18,657 nucleotides of DNA from Hormiphora californensis (Eukaryota > Animalia > Ctenophora). The notes under the pieces were generated by a model. It did no database searches and was not told the DNA's origin. It saw only the letters and a program-made list of their open reading frames with translations. The position numbers and the translations under genes are program-made. The DNA lies in NCBI GenBank assembly GCA_020137815.1, contig WFME01000026.1, positions 1-18,657 of the forward strand. Reading direction: 5' to 3'. Below are positions 10,183-18,657 of the stretch, piece by piece. Each line of letters begins with the position of its first letter. The first letter of the stretch is position 1.

Positions 10183-10359
10183 ATAATGGACTGGACGCGT
10201 GGAAAAGAAAAGAATATCCGAGCCCTCCTCTCAACACTGGGAGATGTGTTATGGGACGGTGAGACGAGATGGCCCAAACCAGGCATCCATGTTATGGTAG
10301 ACGCTGGTCAAGTTAAGAAAATGTACAGGAATGCTAGTCGAGTTGTCCATCCTGATAAG
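10183..10359 (+). CDS. GAK: Auxilin/GAK J-domain exon (through HPDK)
   Basis: ctgcag|IMDWTRGKEKNIRALLSTLGDVLWDGETRW...QVKKMYRNASRVVHPDK|gtaatg; 177 nt, phase 0/0; matches the auxilin signature GKERNIRALLSTL..VLW and HPDK. Confidence 0.96.
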
Positions 10360-10425
10360 GTAATGACACATTGACGGTTTCCGTGTTTCTTGTTGAATAA
10401 GGGATTTCACCCCTCTACACTATAT

Positions 10426-10460
10426 CACTGCGCTGGCAAGCGCAAAGGTGACCATCCACT
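10426..10460. mobile_element. Orphan terminus of the CAC-ended family
   Basis: tatat-cactgcgctggcaagcgcaaaggtg is the reverse complement of 9671-9700 (1 mismatch); no partner end found. Confidence 0.6.
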
Positions 10461-11536
10461 CCCCCAGCTGTGCGTGCCTGAAAGCAGTAATAAGTATTTT
10501 CAGTTTTTAGCCAAAATAGCATTTTGCGACACCCATAGCGAGGCCCCCACTGCACCAATCGGTCTGAAATTTGGTTTAAAGTGTCACATTATGTCACATT
10601 ATGTAATAGGGGTGGCTAATGTTACCTCACCATTTTTTGAATTTTGAGGTAACTTTGGACGAGGTGCCAAAGTTACCCCACACTACAGGTTTTAAACGTG
10701 TGATGTCTGTAGAGTTGCCTTAGACCCTCTCTGAATTGTTCAAGAGATTCCAAGATTCAGCCCATTTTCATCCATCTATTCGATAGGTTAGTGAAAAAAA
10801 CTAGGATTTTGACTATTTTATGGAGCTAAATCACAGAAATCCGGCCTGAAACCCATCAAACTTCAACAATTAGGAGTTCCTCACTCATCCTGTAGCTTGT
10901 TAGATGGTAATGGCTCTCTAGGCGAGTGCTCTAGTTCTTGTAGACAATCTATGCAGGGGCACAGATACCAAAACTCCTTTATTTAGCCAGTACCCATAAG
11001 TAGACCACTTAAAAGGCTAAAACACACTCTTATACTGGTTGTAAGCTAAATTTGTTTCACTCATTAATAATAACAATTCAATTATATTTAATACTTACCC
11101 TTGATTCCCAGTTCCCCACCTCCAGCTTCCTCCCCCATGAAACATACCCCGAATTTAAGGTCATGTCGACTGTTAGGTAGATGTTAAGATCAGTTATAAT
11201 TCACATCTGTGGTGCGGGTCCACCATCTTGTTTCAAACTGTTCAACACCACTCCAAACCTTCAATTTGAGTACAATGTAAGAGTGAAAGCTATGTGTGGA
11301 AGAAGGACAGTTACTGTAAAGATAAAGAAGAGAAAGGGGCCCACACCACAGTAGCGAATTAAGTTATGTCGTGTAAGGCTTTCCAGAGATGGTCTTTCAG
11401 TCTAGAGGAAAATAAATGGTGTTCAGCTGTATTTCTCAGTTCTTTAGGAAGTAAGTAAGCGGGAGGACTTCAGTCACGTGTTTTCCGGTTCAGAGTTCCC
11501 CTATCCTCTCCTACCCCCTCCCTCGTGCCCCCCCTC

Positions 11537-11567
<31 letters not shown>

Positions 11568-11667
11568 TCTCTCCCCTATCTCTCTCGCTACCGTCATTGT
11601 GTCAAACTGACAGTGTCGGCAGGAGCAAGCCTCTCTCTCTCCCTCTATCTCTCTCTCTCTCTCTTTC

Positions 11668-11732
<65 letters not shown>
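11537..11732 (+). repeat. Interrupted (CT)n microsatellite
   Basis: Directly visible, with a break at ~11585-11630. Confidence 0.97.
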
Positions 11733-11735
<3 letters not shown>

Positions 11736-11802
11736 TCTTTTATCTCTATCTCTCCCCTGCCCTCTTATTCTTTTCCTCCCCTTCTTAGTCTATCGCTCAG
11801 CA

Positions 11803-12206
11803 CTTGACATGATGCAGTCTCGACCACACCGCACAGACCAACGGGTATGGCACCTGCACAGCGGTGTCATACCGGTTTTCTGGGCACGTCACCCCCTAGA
11901 CTCGGAAAGAGAGGTCGAGGCGGTCATGTTCAAGTTCACCCCGCTAGCCAGCGACGTATAGGGTTGTGCCGTCGTACCGGAAGCCTCTCAAGCTTGCTTG
12001 CCAAAGCTTGTGAATCACGCTGCATACCCGTATTCTCTTGTCGGGGTATGACCAGGATGAGCAGGCGTCGGTCTTAAAACATCGGGGGCAAGCAAGTGGC
12101 ATCGGAAGTTCTTAGTCTCACAAGGGCTCTGAACTCAGTACACTCAGCCCCGGTGATACCAGGGGCACGGAGAAGTTGCGAAAAAAAAAGAAAAAAAAAA
12201 AAAAAA
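11803..12206 (+). mobile_element. GC-rich, highly structured poly(A)-tailed retroposon (SINE-like or LINE UTR)
   Basis: A-tract at 12181-12206; at least six stems, several with G-U pairs; abuts and truncates the opposite-strand LINE at its WN codons. Confidence 0.6.
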
Positions 12207-12867
12207 GTTCCACTCAAGGTGGCAGCGGTAAAAGTAACAGTTTTTGAACAGGTCTACTCTGGGTTGTTCGGTACATATAATGTGTCTCGTTTTGTTTGTT
12301 GTCTGCTGGCACGTCTGTCTGTAATTCCGGATTGTATTTTTGTAGGAAAGATGGGAGTTTTATAGGAGACGTCTCATAGAATATTTTATGGAACAATTTA
12401 AGATCATTATATTGAAATTTTTGAATCATTGGGAGTACGTCAATCTCCCTGAGTTTCTTTATATACGTATCTAAACTATAACTGGTATCTGTTTCACCGA
12501 ATATCCATTTTGTGGCACGTTTCTGGAGTCGTTCAAACTTAAGCAGACTTGACTCACTTTGTGGACGCCATATTTGGCTACAGTGTTCGAACAAAGATCT
12601 AACTAGACTAATGTAGAAGTTCTTCTTTTTAAGGGGACATTTAACTAATACACCTACATGCTTCACCAGTCCTAATCTTTGAGAAGCTTTGGAAACAACA
12701 TTTTTCTGGTGTTCGATTGGCGACAACTTGTGATTAGTTGAGACTCCTAGATCAACTTCATTTTCACATAATTTGATTTCATCTCTGCCTAGGTGATAAT
12801 TTAATTGACGTTGTTTAATAATTTTAGTACACCTAAGCAGCTTACACTTTTTAGGATGGAATATCAT
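12207..12867 (-). pseudogene. LINE ORF2 C-terminal (post-RT) fragment, CR1/L2-group
   Basis: FHPKKCK...EVDLGV...VVSKASQRLG...YISLVRSLFEHCSQIWRP...ERLQKRATKWI, then frameshifted FKNCYFYRCHLEWN. Confidence 0.9.
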
Positions 12868-12870
12868 AAT

Positions 12871-13954
12871 ATTGGGTGCGCCTCAAGTAAGGGCTTTCTG
12901 ATAATCCACCCGGCTTCGCCGTGTTGCTCATTTCGCCACTTTCAACGTCAATAACACGGTTGCCATGGCAACTGAATTGGTAACTATGTGGACTGGTAGG
13001 GTAAACCGGGGCAATTCGAACAACCGGGGCAATTCGAACATAGTACTGCCCGTCTCTCACCTAGTTAAGCTATCATAATGACGTCATCCTATCTCCAGAA
13101 GAAAACTGATCGTTCGAGCCTGCCCGTTACCACTAAATAGGCTCTAGATCCGGTTTAAGTTGGTCAATTTCCGATTTGAAAAAACCAGCTGAAAGCTAAT
13201 AATATCAGCTTTCAGATGGTATAAAAATTATTTAAATATTCGCATGTTTTCATTCCAAATTCTGGTAAATTAAGATTACCGGGGCAATTCGAACAACCGG
13301 GGCAATTCGAACATGGGCAATTTGGCTAACACACCGGGGCAATTTGGTTAACTCCCGGGCCAATGATGTGCAGTTCTTTGTACCACGTGATCACGCGTGA
13401 TACCTGGGCAATTCGAACAAGAACGACCAGCGTGTAGATTGCGTGTAGATTACATTGTTCGAATTGCCCCCACCTCTAACAACACCAGGCGGGAATCTTC
13501 TTCTGGTGTTGTGAGGACGTTCACGTGACTCCCACGTGACGAAATAAAGCACTCCTATTGGTGTTGTCCGAATTGCCCCGGTACCATTTTTTCCGACCAA
13601 AATTTTTGAATTAGTTATTTAGTTAAGTAAATGATGGTCCCTAGAGTTGAAATTTATCTTATTTGAAAGATAAAATAATGAACTTTAATCCTATATAATT
13701 TTTTTCATTGTATCTTTTTTTAAATGGGAGTGAGAACCGATTAAGTAAAAAGTTAACCATTTTGCCCCGGTTTACCCTATGTTAAAAGTCATTCGAAAAT
13801 ATTAAGAAACTTCCACTGGAAGTTCCAAAAGTGTGAATAACAGCTTTGCAGCTTTGGGCACATAAAGTGTTTTATAAAGGAGTAGTCTGTCGCTTAGATA
13901 CCGCTGAACGAACGGCCACCACTTCGACGCGACAACTCCAAATTATAATATAGA
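12871..13954 (-). mobile_element. Non-autonomous Helitron copy 1 (3' end clipped, interrupted by the 779-bp MITE)
   Basis: 12871-12998 plus 13780-13954 align to the copies at 14624 and 14935. Confidence 0.8.
12999..13777. mobile_element. 779-bp TA-TSD MITE with CCGGGGCAATTCGAAC subrepeats, copy 1
   Basis: TA-gggtaaaccggggcaa...ttgccccggtttaccc-TA; the empty site ggactgg(c/t)atgttaaaa is seen in the other Helitron copies. Confidence 0.96.
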
Positions 13955-14260
13955 CAAGGTCATAAAATATGCATGGGAGTTGAGGAGAGAAAAAGTAGGC
14001 ATAAAGTTAGAGACCAACACTATAAGAAACGAAAAAGAATTTTCGTCAAATTCTTAGTGACCACCAAAAGGCCACTGTGAGGGGGGAGGGTTATAGAAAG
14101 AGAAACATAAAGTCTTCCTAATCCTTGCCATGCTGAGGTATTAAAGACTATTCTGTGATTTTTTCCCCGCTCGGGTGAATGCCGAAGGCATTCACCCGGA
14201 TGCCTTTTGTAAAAAGGCATAGGGGTTTAGAATTCTACAAGTTTACATACTAGTGAGATG

Positions 14261-14340
14261 TCATGGTCACAAAACTGGCTGTAACACGCTCAGTTGCGAG
14301 GGACAACGGTGTTGCTCCTTCAACAAATACTTCAATGGCA
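14261..14340 (+). repeat. 80-bp dispersed direct repeat, copy 1
   Basis: Similar to 15375-15454 (core ggctgtaacacgctcagttgcgagggacaacgg is identical). Confidence 0.85.
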
Positions 14341-14344
14341 ACCC

Positions 14345-14445
14345 GACCAAGATTGCTGATTGAGCTCACACACAATGTGTGTCACACATGTGCGAGCTCG
14401 AATGCTCGATCTCGGTCGCTGCGCACTAGGTGTCAATGTCACCAA
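14345..14445. mobile_element. Partial copy of the 16516-17417 outer element lacking its inner insertions
   Basis: cgaccaagattg...gagctcacacac...gagctc...gatctcggtcgctg...gcactaggtgtcaatgtcaccaa matches both arms of that element. Confidence 0.75.
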
Positions 14446-14623
14446 CAGTCATTATTATAGTATTTGAAACTGTGACTAACCAATAGGATCTGTTCAGCTA
14501 GAACAGCTTTTAGAACTACCTTCGGGCACGAAGAAGGGTATTTTACCCTGGGTAGCTGTCAGGCCAATGCTCTGACAGCTGGGTAGCTATAATGATACAA
14601 TTATATCTCCTAATATATATATA

Positions 14624-14934
14624 CTAGCGCACCCATTGGGTGCGCCTCAAGTAAGTGCTTTTTGATAACCCACCCGGCTTCGCCGGATGGTTCTTTTCGC
14701 TCCTTTCAACGTCAATAAAACGGTTGCCATGGCAACTGAATTGGTAACTATCATGGGGACTGGCATGTTAAAATTCATTCGAAAATATTAACAAACTTCT
14801 ACTGGAAGTTCCAAAAGTGGGAGCAACAGCTTTACAGCTTTGGGCGCAAAACATATTTTATGAAGGAGCACTGTCGCGTAGATACCGCTGAACGAACGGC
14901 CACTTCGACGTTCATCTCCAACTTATAATAGAGA
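14624..14934 (-). mobile_element. Non-autonomous Helitron copy 2
   Basis: On the - strand: 5' TCTCTATTATAA, 3' hairpin gcgcaccca-a-tgggtgcgc running into CTAG, followed by T. Confidence 0.88.
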
Positions 14935-15238
14935 CTAGCGCACCCATTGGGTGCGCTCAAGTAAGGGCATTTTGATAACCCACCCGGCTTCGCCTGGTGG
15001 TTCTTTTTGCCCCTTTCAACACGGTTGCCATGGCAACTGAATTGGTAACTATGGGGACTGGCATGTTAAAAGGCATTCGAAAATATTAATCAACTTCCAC
15101 TGGAAGTTCCAAAACTGTGAGTAACAGCTTTACAGCTTTGGGCACATAGAGTGTTTTATGAAGGAGCACTGTCGCTTAGATACCGCTTAACGAACGACCA
15201 CCACTTCGACGTCGTTCATCTCCAAATTATAATAGAGA
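14935..15238 (-). mobile_element. Non-autonomous Helitron copy 3, head-to-tail with copy 2
   Basis: A|TC at its 5' end; exact CTAG|TC junction at 14935/14934. Confidence 0.88.
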
Positions 15239-15374
15239 TTGGTTTGAGAGCATCATGATGCATCAAGCTCCATCATGATGATAACCATCAGTGTGTGCGC
15301 TTCTTTGATGGTGAACATCAAAATCTCCGCACACTGACCTGATTATTATCATCACGATCAGTATGCTTATAGCC

Positions 15375-15454
15375 TCACGGTCACAAATCCGGCTGTAACA
15401 CGCTCAGTTGCGAGGGACAACGGCGTTGCTCCTTCATCAAATATTTCAATGACA
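15375..15454 (+). repeat. 80-bp dispersed direct repeat, copy 2
   Basis: See 14261-14340. Confidence 0.85.
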
Positions 15455-15645
15455 CGTTTCCAGGAAATGTGAGCCGTGCAATGTGGCGTGCAATTTAGTG
15501 CTACTAAAACACGAAGATTTGTTCTATACGGTTTGAGAGATTCATAAATGACCGGAAATGTCTGTTTGCCTTCACATTAGATGGTTATAAAAAAGGTTGG
15601 CAGGGAAACATAGCATTATGAAAAATAATGCAGTTATTCTTGATA

Positions 15646-16424
15646 GGGTAAACCGGGGCAATTCGAACAACCGGGGCAATTCGAACATAGTACTGCCCGT
15701 CTCTCACCTAGTTAAGCTATCATAATGACGTCATCCTATCTCCAGAAGAAAACTGATCGTTCGAGCCTGCCCGTTACCACTAAATAGGCTCTAGATCCGG
15801 TTTAAGTTGGTCAATTTCCGATTTGAAAAAACCAGCTGAAAGCTAATAATATCAGCTTTCAGATGGTATAAAAATTATTTAAATATTCGCATGTTTTCAT
15901 TCCAAATTCTGGTAAATTAAGATTACCGGGGCAATTCGAACAACCGGGGCAATTCGAACATGGGCAATTTGGCTAACACACCGGGGCAATTTGGTTAACT
16001 CCCGGGCCAATGATGTGCAGTTCTTTGTACCACGTGATCACGCGTGATACCTGGGCAATTCGAACAAGAACGACCAGCGTGTAGATTGCGTGTAGATTAC
16101 ATTGTTCGAATTGCCCCCACCTCTAACAACACCAGGCGGGAATCTTCTTCTGGTGTTGTGAGGACGTTCACGTGACTCCCACGTGACGAAATAAAGCACT
16201 CCTATTGGTGTTGTCCGAATTGCCCCGGTACCATTTTTTCCGACCAAAATTTTTGAATTAGTTATTTAGTTAAGTAAATGATGGTCCCTAGAGTTGAAAT
16301 TTATCTTATTTGAAAGATAAAATAATGAACTTTAATCCTATATAATTTTTTTCATTGTATCTTTTTTTAAATGGGAGTGAGAACCGATTAAGTAAAAAGT
16401 TAACCATTTTGCCCCGGTTTACCC
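15646..16424. mobile_element. 779-bp TA-TSD MITE, copy 2
   Basis: Same length and, by eye, identical to 12999-13777 (offset 2647); different flanks and its own TA TSD. Confidence 0.96.
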
Positions 16425-16561
16425 TATTTGATACGAAGTGAAGGATTGACAGTAACCTAAACTTCGGGTGGCACGCGAGTTTTGCACGTGTATGATCTAA
16501 GCGCTCCTACTACACTTGGTGACATAGACACCGTGCGCGACCAAGATTGAGCTCACACACA

Positions 16562-17348
16562 GGTGTCTGCTCCGCCCCAAAAAGGGTCGTTTCTTTCAAG
16601 GGATGTTGCACGCGATCCACTGGACCGATTTGCATCCGGTTTGTCGCAAAAGACTACAAATGATCCTAATATACTGGAAAATACCCGAGAAGTTTGTCTG
16701 TCAACAGGAAGTGGGTCAAAATTGACACTGAAGTCAAACCTATAATCTGGCTTCCGAGACTTTCTGCACTACGCCCATGCGATATAGAAGATATTGGGAG
16801 ATATGTTGATGCAATTAGCATCAGCTATTAATGCCGGGTATTTTCCAGTACTCACAAGAGTTCAACCTATCTTCTGATACCCTCCGATTCATTCTAACAG
16901 TGGTCATCCGACATAATTGCCATATCTCGACGTGAACTTCGACGTGGAATTCGACGAGGAATAGAAGGCGTTTGTAGTTATGAACGCCTGCTGTGCGCGG
17001 CACATTGGAACGTGCGGCATGGGCAGCAGGCGTTCATAACTACAAACGCCTGCTATTCCTCGTCGAATTCCACGTCGAATTTCACGTCGAGATATGGCAA
17101 TTATGTCGGATGACCACTGTAAACCGTCTGCGAGTGGTGCAAAAAGGCTCAGAAGCCAGATTACAGATTTGACTTCAGTGTCAATTTTGACCCACTTCCT
17201 GTTGACAGACAAACTTCTCGGGTATTTTCCAGTATATTAGGATCAATTTGTAGTCTTTTGCGACAAACCGGATGCAAATCGGTCCAGTGGATCTCGTGCA
17301 ATTTGGCTTGAAAGACACGACCCTTTTTTAGGGTGCGGAGCGGACACC
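16562..17348. mobile_element. MITE with ~210-bp TIRs inserted at the centre of the outer element's palindrome
   Basis: ~16562-16770 mirrors ~17138-17348; flanks are CA and TA within gagctcacaca-TA-tgtgtgagctc. Confidence 0.85.
16898..17119. mobile_element. 222-bp MITE with 96-bp TIRs and TAA flanks
   Basis: 16898-16993 mirrors 17024-17119; TAA at 16895-16897 and 17120-17122. Confidence 0.9.
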
Positions 17349-17462
17349 TATGTGTGAGCTCGATCTCGGTCGCTGCACGACCTCGATCTCGCACGCACTA
17401 GGTGTCAATGTCACCAACTACTACACGTCTGCACGACGTTGTGCGAAGGAAGACCAAAAAGC

Positions 17463-17764
17463 GGTAAGTCGGAAGAACGTGTCCGTTTGTCTCATGAGCG
17501 CTAATGAGTGTATCATGAGACATATGTCTCATGAGACGTCAGAGTTATGGTTAGGGTTAGGGCTATCCCTTAGGCCTAGGGCCCCCTACTCCGTAGGGGT
17601 AGGGTTAGGGTTGAACCATAGGCTTAGACCTAGCCCTACCCTCTACGGGTCCATAGACTCACGAGACATTGAAACAGAGATGGGATGAGACATATGTCTC
17701 ATGAGCGCTCATGAAACACTCATGAGCGCTCATGAGACAAACGGACACGTTCTTCCGACTTACC
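17463..17764. mobile_element. Inverted-repeat element with TCATGA palindromic subrepeats and internal TTAGGG-like motifs
   Basis: ggtaagtcggaagaacgtgtccgtttgtctcatgagcgct is mirrored at the right end; ggttagggttaggg at ~17549; A-rich flanks; no clear TSD. Confidence 0.8.
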
Positions 17765-17962
17765 CTAACCAAAAAAAAACTAACAATACCAACAAACAAA
17801 ATAATATTTGTTGTTGGTCGTCTAGTCCATACTACAACCAACATGAGACCCCCTCCCATATTCCTAACAACCCAATCAAAATACGCATGGCGCCACGCTC
17901 GGGTACTTTAGCAAACAATAACATACCCGTACTTTTTATAAGGTGCTCTGTAACAATTGCAT

Positions 17963-18147
17963 GTCTTTAGAGAGCTAGGGGTGCAAAAGAGCGCGCAAAG
18001 GACTAGCATCTCCTGTTATATGAATTACAGGGAGAGATCGCATTGCAGTAACACGTGATTTTTTATTTCTAATGTAGGTAATTCACTGTTGTGAGCATTT
18101 CCACTCAGAGCTAGCGCAACATCTTTGCATCCCTAGCTCTCAAAGAC
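17963..18147. repeat. Degenerate foldback/MITE
   Basis: gtcttt-agagagctaggggtgcaaa versus tttgcatccctagctctc-aaagac. Confidence 0.55.
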
Positions 18148-18421
18148 GCTCAATTGTTAGTCGTGCATCTTCCGAGAAGACAGCATCACAGTGGTGCTCT
18201 GTCATATTGGCCACACGCACAGTATCCTCCATGCATGTATGCATGCTTTTTTTGTGCTGTGAACCACGTTGGGAACGACGCATGGGGGGGGGGGGGGTTA
18301 TTTCGTAACCAAGGTCCAAGGGGCTGTATGCGTGGTCAATATGACGGAGCAACACTGATATGTAGCACATGAATCACAGATTAAAGAAAAGTTCATCATC
18401 ATGCAATATTGACCAGGAAAG

Positions 18422-18427
18422 TTTATT
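18422..18427 (-). terminator. Polyadenylation signal AATAAA for the auxilin/GAK last exon
   Basis: AATAAA on the - strand, 18 nt after the TAA stop. Confidence 0.55.
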
Positions 18428-18445
18428 AATTTTGGGAATTTTGGG

Positions 18446-18541
18446 TTATCTCAGTAGTTCAGCCTCTTCAAATGAACTGTAAGCATCATTCAGTTCCGTT
18501 TGTATAGCCTTAGCTAAGTCCTCGTGATCTGTTCCAACTTG
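18446..18541 (-). CDS. GAK: Auxilin/GAK terminal coding exon (end of J-domain) on the minus strand
   Basis: tatatttcag|QVGTDHEDLAKAIQTELNDAYSSFEEAELLR*; resembles the post-HPDK segment of auxilin/GAK (G..YE..AKMIFMELNDAWSEFE); phase 0; too short for the ORF track. Confidence 0.92.
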   Translation of the reverse strand, partial: QVGTDHEDLAKAIQTELNDAYSSFEEAELLR

Positions 18542-18657
18542 CTGAAATATACGGTTTATGAGTGATAAACACTGAACAGGAGTCAAGACTCAGGAAGAAA
18601 GGTAGATAGAAGAGAGAGAGAGAAACGGAGAGAAAGAAACGGAATCCCTTGCACTTA

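Larger units (their letters stand above)
16516..17417. mobile_element. MITE with 9-bp TSD CTACTACAC (MULE-type); outer shell of a triple nest
   Basis: TSD at 16507-16515 and 17418-17426; TIR ttggtgacatagacacc / ggtgtcaatgtcaccaa. Confidence 0.88.

Noticed and set aside
10360-10374. Read-through VMTH* as the natural GAK C-terminus
   Set aside because: It starts at a good GTAATG donor and would delete the last J-domain helix; a proper terminal exon exists at 18541-18446.
11478-11807. SL-repeat ORFs, or a + strand final GAK exon after the CT tract
   Set aside because: Microsatellite translation; the ctcag at 11796-11800 leads to HLT* with no J-domain similarity.
12050-12068. CCAGG..GAGCAGG reminiscent of SRP RNA helix 8
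   Set aside because: Lacks the intervening GNRA stem-loop and an Alu domain; too short to support.
17549-17612. TTAGGG motifs as a telomere remnant
   Set aside because: Only two or three consecutive units, enclosed within an inverted-repeat element.

Overview
Eukaryotic DNA, most likely from an invertebrate animal (inferred from the transposon types and gene structure; species not identifiable). Most of the window is nested transposon debris: a LINE with ORF1 and an APE endonuclease split by two MITEs, a Penelope RT/GIY-YIG fragment plus a candidate minimal hammerhead ribozyme, MULE, hAT, Kolobok, Transib-like and TA-target MITEs, a 1.7-kb foldback element, tandem Helitrons, a second LINE 3' end and a structured poly(A)-tailed retroposon. 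The only host gene I can see is the C-terminus of auxilin/cyclin-G-associated kinase (GAK; J-domain with HPD motif). Two of its exons lie on the + strand (~7862-8064, 10183-10359), but the phase-compatible final exon lies on the - strand (18541-18446) with its own acceptor, stop and poly(A) signal. That points to trans-splicing, an inversion, a tail-to-tail duplicate or a misassembly. Removing the MITEs from the LINE in silico gives an AUG-less ORF2 that overlaps ORF1 in the -1 frame, with two slippery heptamers in the overlap. All alignments and translations were done by eye; no database searches were run.
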